NCBI GenBank assembly: GCA_902526795.1
Contig: CABZMF010000001.1
Location: 199,458-263,457 of the forward strand
Source of the DNA: an uncultured Fidelibacterota bacterium
GTDB taxonomy: Bacteria; Fidelibacterota; Marinisomatia; Marinisomatales; Marinisomataceae
Direction: 5' to 3'
Length of the DNA stretch: 64,000 nucleotides
Of this stretch, positions 50,879 to 61,040 are shown in pieces. Every line of letters starts with the position of its first letter. Within the stretch, counting starts at the first letter, position 1. The position numbers were made by a program, and so were the translations under genes. The notes beneath the pieces were generated by a model, which searched no databases, was not told the origin of the DNA, and saw only the letters and a program-made list of their open reading frames with translations.

Positions 50879-52938
50879 AGCCTATATTCCAAAATAAAAT
50901 TTATGCTTCTCCCAGGCTCTGGATAACCGATAGTAGAAATATATTCTTCATCCAAAAGATTATCTACAGCCATATTAAGTACTATTGAATCTTCATCCAT
51001 CCAATTGAAAACATTTGATACTCCAAGACTCAGTAATCCATATGATTTATCATTTACTTGTTCTGCGAATGAGGACTGATATTGCAAAATCCTATCTCCA
51101 ACTAACTTATAGTTTAATGAAAAGTGAGTCAAATTATTCAACTTATATACAAGAAGTAAACTAGCTGAGCTATCTGGTACATATAATAGTTTTTCATCTA
51201 CATCTTTATCAAGAGTCTCATACACATTATATGTTAATTGCATTTGTAAGTCTGAAAAATCTTTTAAATATTGAAAATTATAAGATGTTCTTTCAGCTGA
51301 GGAAACATTTATAGGTACATATTTAAATGATTCGTTGGGTTGCCATAATATTAAATTTTCATAATCTTTTAAAGATGCAGTTACTTTTATTTTTCCGATC
51401 GAAGATTCATTAGAAATGGATAATGCAATGTATTCACTTTCTTCAGGTTTTAAATTAGGATTACCTCCACTGTATAAACCATCTGGCCAATATAAATCAT
51501 TCATTGTAGGAAATTGAAATGATGAACCTATATCAAGGTTAAAGTCAAATGAACTACCAGAATCAGCAAACTGATTTATTGCTTCAAACCCTAAATTATA
51601 AGTTGTTTTGTCATTTTCTTCCCTTGAATCGTAGCGCATCGAAGGAGAAACCTTGAAGTCGTAATCAGAATTAACATAATTACCAACAAACGAAAATGAT
51701 GTTGTTTCTAGTTCTTCTTTTTGTAATTCACTGCTGTCAACTCGTTCAGATTTTATATTGAAAACAGCTTCATAATTAAAAGACGGATTTATTGTTTGAT
51801 TTCCTTTGAACCCAAAAGCTGAATAGTCAAGTGCATGTTCACTATAAACCGGAAAAGATCCTTCTGAATCGTCAAATTCCTGGTAATTAGTTGATCTATT
51901 CATATATAAATCAAGTGAACCATTTTCAAAAAACTTACTGAAGGATAAAGCAAATAGATCAAAGTCATCAGTTCTTGTAGCATTTGGTGATGGAAAACTT
52001 GTACTTCCTGCTGCTCCTCTAACATTCTCAGTTAACAGTGTGAATATGTTTAGTAGGAAGTCTTCTCTAATAACAAATTTTCTGTCAACAGAAAGGAAAA
52101 ATTGATCCAAATAATTATTCAATCGTTTAACATTATTTCCTGAAGAATCAATATATTTATAATCTCCATTGTATGAGGTTTTACCAAATGAAATATTTCT
52201 TTTTGAAGTTTTTCTGTTTATGGAATAATTAGCTCCGTACTGTTTAAATCCAAAATCTCCTACACTATAGAAAACATTATTATTTAAAATATTATTATTA
52301 ATGTTTAAAGAACCATCAATGGAGCCAGAACCAAATTTTGTTCCAGAATTTAATCTGTAATTAACAGATTGGAGCGCGAAAGAAGGTAGTGTAGAAAGAT
52401 CAACCTGACCATTCATCGCATCAGTCAAATCGATTCCATTGTAAAGAACTTTTGTATGTCTTGCATATCCACCGTCAAATGATGCAGAAGCGACTCCGGC
52501 ATATCCACCATAGGTCCTTATTTCTAAAGAAGGAATTTGATTAAGAGAACCATTTCTTGAAAAAATTCCTAAATTATTTAATGAAGTCTTATTTTTAAAA
52601 TAATCCTCCTTTTTCTTACCATAAACATCAACTTTTTCTAGCGATATATTTTCTTTGACCATTATTATAGATTTACTTAATTGGTCCTCATTTTTTACGA
52701 TGACATCTTTAAATCCAATTCTTTGAAATAAAACATCTGATCCATTCATAATGTTAATTGAGAAGTCACCATTTTCATCTGAAATTGTCCAATTTCTTTC
52801 TTGTGACTCTGAATTTAATTCCTCAATTATAACATAAGAAATTTTAGTTCCAGATACGTCCTTAACATTACCAGTAAAAGTCTGTCCAAACAGATTTGAT
52901 ATTAATACTAATATTAATATATATGATTTCTTTATCAT
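50875..52938 (-). CDS. btuB: BtuB-like TonB-dependent cobalamin receptor
   Basis: N-terminal carboxypeptidase-regulatory-like domain, plug (GG...VL.NGI.L...NGQ.DLS.LP, GS.SI.G..N), barrel ending YPEPGRSINFILEYRL; cobalamin riboswitch upstream. Confidence 0.75.
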   Translation of the reverse strand: MIKKSYILILVLISNLFGQTFTGNVKDVSGTKISYVIIEELNSESQERNWTISDENGDFSINIMNGSDVLFQRIGFKDVIVKNEDQLSKSIIMVKENISLEKVDVYGKKKEDYFKNKTSLNNLGIFSRNGSLNQIPSLEIRTYGGYAGVASASFDGGYARHTKVLYNGIDLTDAMNGQVDLSTLPSFALQSVNYRLNSGTKFGSGSIDGSLNINNNILNNNVFYSVGDFGFKQYGANYSINRKTSKRNISFGKTSYNGDYKYIDSSGNNVKRLNNYLDQFFLSVDRKFVIREDFLLNIFTLLTENVRGAAGSTSFPSPNATRTDDFDLFALSFSKFFENGSLDLYMNRSTNYQEFDDSEGSFPVYSEHALDYSAFGFKGNQTINPSFNYEAVFNIKSERVDSSELQKEELETTSFSFVGNYVNSDYDFKVSPSMRYDSREENDKTTYNLGFEAINQFADSGSSFDFNLDIGSSFQFPTMNDLYWPDGLYSGGNPNLKPEESEYIALSISNESSIGKIKVTASLKDYENLILWQPNESFKYVPINVSSAERTSYNFQYLKDFSDLQMQLTYNVYETLDKDVDEKLLYVPDSSASLLLVYKLNNLTHFSLNYKLVGDRILQYQSSFAEQVNDKSYGLLSLGVSNVFNWMDEDSIVLNMAVDNLLDEEYISTIGYPEPGRSINFILEYRL

Positions 52939-52975
52939 ACTTTCCTCCGAAGTTTTTTATTATTGTTTACAAATA

Positions 52976-53120
52976 AGGTCTCCTGGCTTTTACCTAAAAT
53001 GGTTTAATTCCTTCTCCAACCTCGTTGAATGGATTTTATTAAACCTCAGTAATTACAGTAGCGGGGACTGCCAAAGATTTTCACTTTGTTCCCTACATTC
53101 GCACTAAAACATTAAACTTT
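52976..53120 (-). ncRNA. Cobalamin riboswitch
   Basis: Reverse complement has AGGGAA..AGTGAAAATC, CAGTCCCCGCTACTGTAA and the B12-box AAGCCAGGAGACCT, 38 nt upstream of the receptor ATG. Confidence 0.92.
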
Positions 53121-53158
53121 ATTTTGTACAATGTAAATGATTATTTATAAATTATTGA

Positions 53159-53686
53159 ATGTCAAATCAGCAATCTAATAATTTAAACAACCTTACATTG
53201 ATTCTTAACGCAAGCTATTTACCCCTTGGAGTATGTAATTCCAAACGTGCAATTTGTTTATATTTTTTAGATAAAGTTGATATCTTAATGAATTATGATG
53301 ATCGCGTACATTCACCGTCAATGCAAATGAGAGTACCAAGCGTAGTTAAATTAAAAAAATATGTTTCATTTAATAGTTTAGATATTGTTCTAAACAGAAA
53401 AAATTTACTTATGAGAGATCATTCATCATGTCAATATTGTGGCTCTAAATCAAATCTAACCATTGATCACATAATACCAAAACAACAAGGTGGAAAAGAT
53501 AGTTGGGAAAATTTAATTATAGCATGTTCACCATGTAATTCTAGAAAAGGAAATAAAACTCCTAGCGAAGCTGAAATGAAACTTTTAAAAATACCTAAAA
53601 AACCAAATAGATTTATGTATTTTAATCAATATATTAATCAAAAAAACGAAGGATGGAAAGAATACCTATTTCAAAGTAAAAATTAA
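53159..53686 (+). CDS. HNH endonuclease (McrA-like, solitary)
   Basis: LILNASYLPL, RD...CQYCG...LTIDHIIPK..GG..SWEN...AC..CN.RKG..TP. Confidence 0.9.
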   Translation: MSNQQSNNLNNLTLILNASYLPLGVCNSKRAICLYFLDKVDILMNYDDRVHSPSMQMRVPSVVKLKKYVSFNSLDIVLNRKNLLMRDHSSCQYCGSKSNLTIDHIIPKQQGGKDSWENLIIACSPCNSRKGNKTPSEAEMKLLKIPKKPNRFMYFNQYINQKNEGWKEYLFQSKN

Positions 53687-53689
53687 GAT

Positions 53690-54655
53690 ATGAAAAAAAG
53701 GATTTTAAGCGGAATTCAGCCTTCAGGGCAATTACATATCGGAAACTATTTCGGTATGATTGAAAGAATGATTCAATTTCAAGATTCCTCAGATTTATTT
53801 TGTTTCGTTGCAAATTATCATTCAATGACATCCATCAATGAAAAAGTTAAACTCGAAAAAAATACTCAAGAAGCTTTTATAGATTTATTAGCATTAGGTT
53901 TAAGTCCTGAAAAATCAACTTTCTGGGTGCAATCACATGTCCCCGAAGTTGCAGAATTAGCTTGGATTTTATCTAATTATGCCTCTGTTGGACAAATGCA
54001 AAGGTCAACATCATATAAGGACAAAATAGCAAATGGTCTAAAACCTAATATGGGATTATTTTCTTACCCTGTTCTTATGGCTTCGGATATATTATTGTTT
54101 CAATCTGAATTAGTTCCCGTAGGTAAAGACCAAAAACAACATCTCGAGATAACAAGGGATATTGCGATAAAGTTCAATAACACATTTGGCGATGTTTTTA
54201 CAATTCCTGACATAGAGATTGACACTAGCAATGATACTATAGTTGGCATTGATAATAGAAAAATGAGCAAATCATATAATAATACCATCCCTATTTTTGC
54301 AGATAATGATACAATTAAAAGTCAAGTAATGAATATTATTACTGATTCTGCTGGGTTAAAAGATCCCAAAGATATTAACACTCCTTTATTTAATATTTAT
54401 TCTCTATTCATTGACGAAGAATCTAAAAATGAACTTAAAGACAGATACAATACTCCTGGTCTGAAATACATGGAAGTCAAAAAAGAATTAGTAGATATAA
54501 TTATTAGTTTTTTTGAAGAAAAAAAATCCATGAAAGAACATCTTCTTTCAAATATTGATGAGGTAAACAAAGAGATGAAATTAGGAAAAAGTAAAGCAAA
54601 AAAAATAGCTCAAAAGACTCTTAAAAAAGTCAAAAGTGCAACTGGTTTACTCTGA
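53690..54655 (+). CDS. trpS: Tryptophan--tRNA ligase
   Basis: SGIQPSG.LHIGNY, YPVLMASDIL, VPVGKDQKQH.E, KMSKS. Confidence 0.97.
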   Translation: MKKRILSGIQPSGQLHIGNYFGMIERMIQFQDSSDLFCFVANYHSMTSINEKVKLEKNTQEAFIDLLALGLSPEKSTFWVQSHVPEVAELAWILSNYASVGQMQRSTSYKDKIANGLKPNMGLFSYPVLMASDILLFQSELVPVGKDQKQHLEITRDIAIKFNNTFGDVFTIPDIEIDTSNDTIVGIDNRKMSKSYNNTIPIFADNDTIKSQVMNIITDSAGLKDPKDINTPLFNIYSLFIDEESKNELKDRYNTPGLKYMEVKKELVDIIISFFEEKKSMKEHLLSNIDEVNKEMKLGKSKAKKIAQKTLKKVKSATGLL

Positions 54656-55378
54656 ATGTTCAATATAAAGTTAGAAAATTTTGAGGGTCCCTTAGATTTA
54701 CTATTGTACTTCATTAAAAGAGATAAAATAGATATATATGATATACCAATTACTAAAATAACAAATGAATATATTTCTGTCATTGATGAAGCAAAAAAAT
54801 TAGATGTATCAATAGCTGGAGAGTTCTTATTTATGGCATCAATGTTATTAAGAATAAAAACTCAAATGCTTATCCCAAGACAAATTGATGAGGAGTCATT
54901 TGATATTGATGACCCTAGAATTGACCTAGTTGCTAAATTAATAGAATACAAAAAATATAAAAATGTAGCCCATCAATTAAAAAATTTACATCTTGAAAAT
55001 AAAAATACTTTTTTTAGATCAAATATTAATATTGTTTATGATAAATCTCCTGATGTGTCTGATTATTTGAATGAGGTATCTTTATTTGATATCTCAAAAA
55101 TTTTTAAAGAAGCTATTGATAATGCTCCATCCGAAGACAGCTATGAGATTTACAAGGAATTAGTTTCTCTGAAAGCTCAAAAAAATTATATTCTTAAAAG
55201 TTTTAAAAAAAAGAAAGTTTTATTATTAAAAAATTTGCTTAAAGAACTCAAAACTAAAATTGAAATTATTGTAACATTTCTTGCAATGCTTGAAATGATC
55301 AAGCAATCAGAAATTATTTGTTTTCAGAAACAAAACTTCGACGATATTAAAATTAAATTAATTGTTGCAAAAGCATGA
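54656..55378 (+). CDS. scpA: Segregation and condensation protein A
   Basis: FEGPLDLLL..I...KIDI.DIPI..IT, IVTFLAMLE. Confidence 0.95.
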   Translation: MFNIKLENFEGPLDLLLYFIKRDKIDIYDIPITKITNEYISVIDEAKKLDVSIAGEFLFMASMLLRIKTQMLIPRQIDEESFDIDDPRIDLVAKLIEYKKYKNVAHQLKNLHLENKNTFFRSNINIVYDKSPDVSDYLNEVSLFDISKIFKEAIDNAPSEDSYEIYKELVSLKAQKNYILKSFKKKKVLLLKNLLKELKTKIEIIVTFLAMLEMIKQSEIICFQKQNFDDIKIKLIVAKA

Positions 55379-55905
55379 CAAAAAATCAACAAATTATTGA
55401 ATCACTTTTTTTTGTTTCCACTGTTCCTCTAGTTCAAAGTGATATCATAAAAGTATTTGGAAACGAAAATGCACCAAATCTAAAAGATGAAGTTTCTAAA
55501 TTAAATTTACTTTATGAAAAAAATTCATTTTTCATAAAACAAATTGGTGAAGGTTATATGATGGTTAGTAAAAAAGACTATGAACCTTTCATATCAAAAC
55601 TAATTCCTTCAAAAAAATTAATGCTTTCCAACGCTGCATTGGAAGTTTTGGCAATTATAGCATATAAACAGCCTACTTCAAGAATAGATATAGAGTCCAT
55701 TAGGGGAGTGGATTGTAAAGGTGTAATAAAAAATTTGTTATTGAAAAAGCTTATTAAAATTCAGGGTAGAGATGTTTCTTTAGGAAAGGCTTTACTTTAT
55801 AAAACAACCGATGATTATTTAAAGCATTTTGGAATAAGCAACTTAAACGAAATGCCTACACCAGAAGAAGTTTCAGAGCTAGTTGAATCTGAAAAATTAT
55901 CATAA
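55375..55905 (+). CDS. scpB: Segregation and condensation protein B
   Basis: LS.AALE.LAIIAYKQP.SR.DIE.IRGV, LY.TT..YL.HFG. Confidence 0.95.
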   Translation: MTKNQQIIESLFFVSTVPLVQSDIIKVFGNENAPNLKDEVSKLNLLYEKNSFFIKQIGEGYMMVSKKDYEPFISKLIPSKKLMLSNAALEVLAIIAYKQPTSRIDIESIRGVDCKGVIKNLLLKKLIKIQGRDVSLGKALLYKTTDDYLKHFGISNLNEMPTPEEVSELVESEKLS

Positions 55906-56612
55906 TGAAATTATTTAAGATTATATGTTCTTCAGGTGAACTCTCCAGAAGAAAATCAATTGATGCAATTAAAGAGGCCATGGTTACCGTAAATGGTAGA
56001 TTAGTATTAGATCCATTTATAGATATTAGCGAAAAGGATGATATTCGTCTTGATGATAAAAAAATAAAACATAATATTAAATTGACAACTATTTTATTAA
56101 ATAAACCAAAAGGTTTCTTATCAACAAAATCTGATGAAAAAGGAAGAAAAACTATTTTTGAATTAATTCCAAAGACCCCACCATTACATCATGTTGGAAG
56201 GTTAGATAAAGATACAACCGGTGCAATTATACTTACAAATGACGGAAATCTCTCACAGTTTTTAATGCATCCTAAGAATAATATAGAAAAAGAATATATT
56301 GCAACAACCGATCAGTTTATAAATGAAAAAAATGCAAAGAGAATTTTTAAAGGTGTTTTTATAGGGTCAAATGAAAAAGGAAAAGCTAAAATTATCTCAC
56401 AAAAATCAATAAAAGGAAAAATTGAAGTTAAAATGATTCTAAAGCAGGGAAAAAAAAATGAAATTAGAAGAATTTTTAAGTTTCTTGACTTAAATCTATA
56501 TTCATTAAATAGAACAAGAATTGGCGAAATAGAGCTTTCAAATCTTTTATTAGGTAGTTGGAGGCCATTGACAAAAAAAGAATTAAATTTTTTAGCAAAA
56601 ATTCAGCCTTAA
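55905..56612 (+). CDS. rluB: rRNA pseudouridine synthase (RluB/RsuA family)
   Basis: S4 domain SRRK, LNKPKG, VGRLDKDT.G, EKEY, GKKNEIRR; follows scpB. Confidence 0.85.
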   Translation: MKLFKIICSSGELSRRKSIDAIKEAMVTVNGRLVLDPFIDISEKDDIRLDDKKIKHNIKLTTILLNKPKGFLSTKSDEKGRKTIFELIPKTPPLHHVGRLDKDTTGAIILTNDGNLSQFLMHPKNNIEKEYIATTDQFINEKNAKRIFKGVFIGSNEKGKAKIISQKSIKGKIEVKMILKQGKKNEIRRIFKFLDLNLYSLNRTRIGEIELSNLLLGSWRPLTKKELNFLAKIQP

Positions 56613-56662
56613 ACTTCTAAAACTAAACATCTTGGTATTTCTGAAAAGAAAAACTAACTTTC

Positions 56663-57340
56663 GTGGCATTTATGGTAATTACTATTGATGGAGCAGCAGG
56701 AGTTGGCAAATCATCCACTGCTAAAGAATTAGCAAAACGGCTAGGATATCAGTATTTCGATACAGGTGCCATGTATAGAGCTGTAACGTTTTATTTTTTA
56801 GCTGAAAATGTTGATTTAGAATCCAACAATCAGGTTACTAAATCACTTGATTCCATAAAATTGCATATTGATTTTTCATTTGATAAGGAAATGAGAATTT
56901 TTTTAGATGATGAGGATATTAGTTTGAAAATTCGAAGTCAAGAAGTTACAAGTACAGTTAGTATAGTCAGTGCTATAAAAGAAGTACGGGATAAGATGGT
57001 TAAAATTCAAAGATCCTTTGCTGAAAATGGTAATTTCGTGGTTGAAGGAAGAGATATAGGCACAGTTGTTTTTCCTGATGCAGAACATAAGTTTTTTCTT
57101 CAAGCAGATTACGATGTAAGAGCTAAAAGAAGGTTGGCTGATTTTGAAAAAATTAATGAAGCCAAAAATATTAACGAGATAAAAAAGGATTTGGAAAAAA
57201 GAGATAAGTATGATTCAACTCGTAAACTATCTCCATTAAAAATACCTAATAATGCAACTATAGTTGACACGACTTTTTGTTCTTTTGATGATCAAGTTAA
57301 CCAAATCTTAAAACATATAGAGAAAATGAATGAACGATAA
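56663..57340 (+). CDS. cmk: Cytidylate kinase
   Basis: ITIDGAAG.GKSS, DTGAMYRA, VVEGRDIGTVVFPDA. Confidence 0.96.
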   Translation: MAFMVITIDGAAGVGKSSTAKELAKRLGYQYFDTGAMYRAVTFYFLAENVDLESNNQVTKSLDSIKLHIDFSFDKEMRIFLDDEDISLKIRSQEVTSTVSIVSAIKEVRDKMVKIQRSFAENGNFVVEGRDIGTVVFPDAEHKFFLQADYDVRAKRRLADFEKINEAKNINEIKKDLEKRDKYDSTRKLSPLKIPNNATIVDTTFCSFDDQVNQILKHIEKMNER

Positions 57341-59120
57341 AATTAAAAAAGAAAATAGTAATGAAATAAAAGAAACTACTCTAGACGAAATTAAAGTTGA
57401 AGAAGCTGTAGTTGAGCCCATCGAAAATGAAGAAGAAGAAAAAAAATCTTTTACTCATAGTTCTAAAAAAGACATTAAAAATTATTTAAGTAAGGATTTA
57501 TTTGCAGATGTAAAAAGAATATCCTTTACAGATGATCAGCCATTAGATGAAAAAAATAAAGAGGTTCTTTCGGAAGAATATCAAGGAACATTTAATGATA
57601 TATCGGAGAATCAAATTATATCAGCTAAAGTAATTGGAATTAGCGATAACGATGTAATGGTTGATATTGGCTTTAAATCGGAAGGGTTGATTACTAGATC
57701 TGAATTTGATAATAAAGATTTACCCGAAATTGGATCAAATATAGATATTTTCTTAGAAAAATTTGAAGATACTGATGGAAATATTACTCTTTCAAAGTAC
57801 AAAGCTGACTTTATTAAAAGATGGGATGAATTAAAACATTTCTGTGAAAGTGGTGAGCCAGTTAATGGTAAGGTTATTAAAAGGGTAAAAGGTGGTTTGG
57901 TAGTTGACTTAGGTGTTATTCAAGCTTTCTTACCAGGTTCGCAAGCTGATGTTCAGCCTATAAAGAATTTTGATGATTTTGTTAATAAAGAATTTGATTT
58001 TCAAATTGTAAAAGTTGACGAAATGCGTAAAAATCTTGTTGTTTCAAGAAAAGCTATTTTAGAAGAGTCATTAAATGAAAAGAGACAAGAATTAATGTCA
58101 AAAATTGAAATAGGAGCTGAGCTTGAAGGAATTGTAAAAAATATAACTGATTTTGGTGCATTTATTGATTTAGGTGGCGTTGATGGTTTAATTCACATAA
58201 CTGATTTTTCTTGGGGAAGAATCAATCATCCATCTGAAATTGTAGAAATTGGCCAAAAAATTAATGTTCAGGTCATAGATTTTAATAAAGAAACCTCTCG
58301 AATTTCTTTGGGTTTAAAGCAATTAGTAGATAACCCTTGGGAAACTATTCCAGATAAGTACAAGGTTGGAGACATTGTTAAAGGTAGTATCGTAAGTATC
58401 ATGAATTATGGAATCTTTATTGAGATTGAAAAAGGAATTGAAGGTCTAATTCACATATCCGAGGTCTCTTGGACAAAAAATGTTCAAAATCTACAAGATT
58501 CTTACAAGGTTGGTGAGTCAATTGAGTCTAAAGTTCTATTTGTTGATTCAGATGAACAAAAAATTAGTCTTGGAATCAAGCAGCTTTCTGACGATCCATG
58601 GGAGGAAATATCTAAGCTCGTAAAAGTTGGAGATAAAAAATCTGGAGTGGTAAACAAGGTTACTAAGTTTGGTGCATTCGTATCGTTGACTGATGAATTA
58701 GAGGGCTTTATAAGAACAACAGATTTTCATTGGACTAAAAATCCTTTACATCCAAAAGAGTTCGTTAATGAAGGAGATACGGTTGATTACATAATTTTAG
58801 AGATTCTTGAAAAAGAAAGAAAAGTCTTATTAAGTGTAAAGGACTTAACCGATAATCCTTGGGATAGCATTTCAAGCAATTTTAGCTCTGGGGATAAAAT
58901 TAAAGGTTCATTTCATAAGATGAATGACTCAGGTGCTATTATTAAATTAGATAATGATATTCAAGGTTTAATACCAATGAATGAGATATCAAAAGATCAG
59001 AAAAAAAATACTATTAGTATACTTAATGAAGGTGATTCTTTAGATTTAATTGTTGTTGAGGTTAAACCTAATGAAAAAAATATCATTTTAATGCTTGATG
59101 AATCTAATGTTGGCGATTAA
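57330..59120 (+). CDS. rpsA: 30S ribosomal protein S1
   Basis: Six S1 repeats (VDIGFKSEG, FLPGSQ.D, GAFIDLGGVDGLIH, EGLIHISE); acidic N-terminal extension. Confidence 0.96.
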   Translation: MNDKIKKENSNEIKETTLDEIKVEEAVVEPIENEEEEKKSFTHSSKKDIKNYLSKDLFADVKRISFTDDQPLDEKNKEVLSEEYQGTFNDISENQIISAKVIGISDNDVMVDIGFKSEGLITRSEFDNKDLPEIGSNIDIFLEKFEDTDGNITLSKYKADFIKRWDELKHFCESGEPVNGKVIKRVKGGLVVDLGVIQAFLPGSQADVQPIKNFDDFVNKEFDFQIVKVDEMRKNLVVSRKAILEESLNEKRQELMSKIEIGAELEGIVKNITDFGAFIDLGGVDGLIHITDFSWGRINHPSEIVEIGQKINVQVIDFNKETSRISLGLKQLVDNPWETIPDKYKVGDIVKGSIVSIMNYGIFIEIEKGIEGLIHISEVSWTKNVQNLQDSYKVGESIESKVLFVDSDEQKISLGIKQLSDDPWEEISKLVKVGDKKSGVVNKVTKFGAFVSLTDELEGFIRTTDFHWTKNPLHPKEFVNEGDTVDYIILEILEKERKVLLSVKDLTDNPWDSISSNFSSGDKIKGSFHKMNDSGAIIKLDNDIQGLIPMNEISKDQKKNTISILNEGDSLDLIVVEVKPNEKNIILMLDESNVGD

Positions 59121-60069
59121 TACTATAAAATTCAAAAGAATATTCTATTCTTTTGTTATAGCTTTTGTTTTTTGGTTTTTAATCAAGAGTGAAGATGTGT
59201 ATACTGTCAATTTGGACATCCCTTTAGTTGCTAGAAATTTACAAGAGCAAAAAACTTACAAAGAAGAAGTTCCTGAAAATATTTTTGTTACATTAAAAGG
59301 AACTGGTAGATCATTCTTTTGGTTACGATTTTTTAAAAACTTTTATTCTGATGACTATAAAGCAGTTATCGATTTAAGTAGTATTACTGATGAATATAAT
59401 TTTCAGCTAGATACATACTACAAAGAAAATCCTGAAAAAATAGTATTACCCTCTTCTTTAGATTTACAGTTTGTGGAAGTTTTAAATCCTAGAAATGTTC
59501 AAATTAAGCTACAAAGATACATGGTTAAAAAAGTTCCAGTAAAATCACAAATTTTAGTCAGTACCGAACCTGGATTTATAGATGTTGGTACAAAATTTTT
59601 ACCCGATTCGATTAGTATTGGTGGACCTGAAGAGACTGTTAACGATATTGAATTTGTTTTAACAGAAAATGATACACTCTCTGATTTAATTTCTTCCTTT
59701 AGTGGAAGCTGGATAATTTTAAATCCAAATAAGCTTGTAAGTTTTGATCCTAGAAGGGTTGATGGATTAATTAATATTCAGCCTATAAGTGAAACAATTA
59801 TAACTAATATACCGGTTCAATTAGTAAATAAACCAAGCGATGTAAATGTTTTTGTCAATCCAGCTACTGTTTCACTTACTATAGTTGGAGGATTAGAACA
59901 GATTGCAAGTATTTTACCAAAAGACATTGATGTTATTATTGATTTTAATTTTTGGAATTCTGAAAAGCAATTCTATTCTCCTCAAATTAGTCTACCTAAT
60001 TTCTTGATAGAATGGAAAGATCTATCTCCAAATAATTTAGAAATTTTAGTTATTAAAGAAATTAATTGA
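59095..60069 (+). CDS. YbbR/CdaR-like domain protein
   Basis: N-terminal TM (IAFVFWFLIK) and repeated YbbR-like units (P..V.I.GP, P.TVSLTIVG); exact start uncertain (59095-59110). Confidence 0.7.
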   Translation: MMNLMLAINTIKFKRIFYSFVIAFVFWFLIKSEDVYTVNLDIPLVARNLQEQKTYKEEVPENIFVTLKGTGRSFFWLRFFKNFYSDDYKAVIDLSSITDEYNFQLDTYYKENPEKIVLPSSLDLQFVEVLNPRNVQIKLQRYMVKKVPVKSQILVSTEPGFIDVGTKFLPDSISIGGPEETVNDIEFVLTENDTLSDLISSFSGSWIILNPNKLVSFDPRRVDGLINIQPISETIITNIPVQLVNKPSDVNVFVNPATVSLTIVGGLEQIASILPKDIDVIIDFNFWNSEKQFYSPQISLPNFLIEWKDLSPNNLEILVIKEIN

Positions 60070-61040
60070 TTATTCTTGGCATAGAGACATCATGTGACGA
60101 AACTGGAGTCGCTATTTGTAGCGACTTCAAAATCTTATCTAGTTATACTAAGACGCAATCAATTCATCAAAAATATGGAGGGGTAGTCCCTGAAATTGCA
60201 TCTCGAGAACACGAAAAATATTTACCCAACATTACTAACAAAGTTCTTAATGATGCAAATATGAGATTTAAAGATATTGAAGCAATTGCAGTAACTAATG
60301 GACCAGGTTTAATGGGCTCTCTTCTTTCAGGTATTAGTTTTGCTAAAGGGCTTGCTCAAGCGCTGGATATTCCTATTATTCCAATTAATCATTTAGAAGC
60401 ACATTTAAACTCAGTCTTTATAGACCATTCAGAATTAGAGGCTCCATTTATTAATCTTTTAGTATCTGGAGGTCATACACAATTATGGTTAGTTAAAAGT
60501 ATGTTTAATTATGAACTTCTTGGTGAAACACTTGATGATGCTTGCGGTGAAGCTTTTGATAAAGGTGCAAAAAAAATGAATTTGAATTATCCAGGTGGAC
60601 CTGAAATTGAGAATCTTGCAAAAAATGGTAATAAAGATTTAATAAATTTTCCAAGGCCAATGATAAATGATAATTCTTTTAATTTTAGTTTCAGTGGACT
60701 GAAAACCTCTTTAATTAATTGTGTAAATGAAGATAATTATAATTTTCAGGATATTGCTGCTAGTTATCAAGAGGCAATAGTTGATACATTGATAAATAAA
60801 TTTATAAAAGCGATGGATAAATTTTCTGTAGACTCTGGAATTATTTGTGGTGGTGTTGCTGCAAATAAGAGGTTAAGAAAAAAGCTTAGTGAGCTTGATA
60901 AAAAAATCATTTATCCATCAATGAAATATTGTACTGATAATGCTGATATGATTGCTTTTTTGGCAGAGCACAAAATAAATAATAAAAAAATCAATTTTGA
61001 TAATGATTTTAGTGCTTATTCAAGAGGAATGATTACATGA
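60066..61040 (+). CDS. tsaD: tRNA N6-threonylcarbamoyladenosine biosynthesis protein TsaD
   Basis: LGIETSCDETG, GGVVPE.ASR.H, NHLEAH, DDACGEAFDK, FSFSGLKT, CTDNA.MIA. Confidence 0.96.
   Translation: MIILGIETSCDETGVAICSDFKILSSYTKTQSIHQKYGGVVPEIASREHEKYLPNITNKVLNDANMRFKDIEAIAVTNGPGLMGSLLSGISFAKGLAQALDIPIIPINHLEAHLNSVFIDHSELEAPFINLLVSGGHTQLWLVKSMFNYELLGETLDDACGEAFDKGAKKMNLNYPGGPEIENLAKNGNKDLINFPRPMINDNSFNFSFSGLKTSLINCVNEDNYNFQDIAASYQEAIVDTLINKFIKAMDKFSVDSGIICGGVAANKRLRKKLSELDKKIIYPSMKYCTDNADMIAFLAEHKINNKKINFDNDFSAYSRGMIT

Noticed and set aside
53159-53686. HNH gene as a homing endonuclease or mobile element
   Set aside because: No intron, repeats or att sites; typical solitary conserved HNH in a housekeeping run with trpS
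59095-60069. c-di-AMP signalling module
   Set aside because: YbbR-like gene is present but there is no adjacent diadenylate cyclase; lone YbbR proteins are common in FCB bacteria
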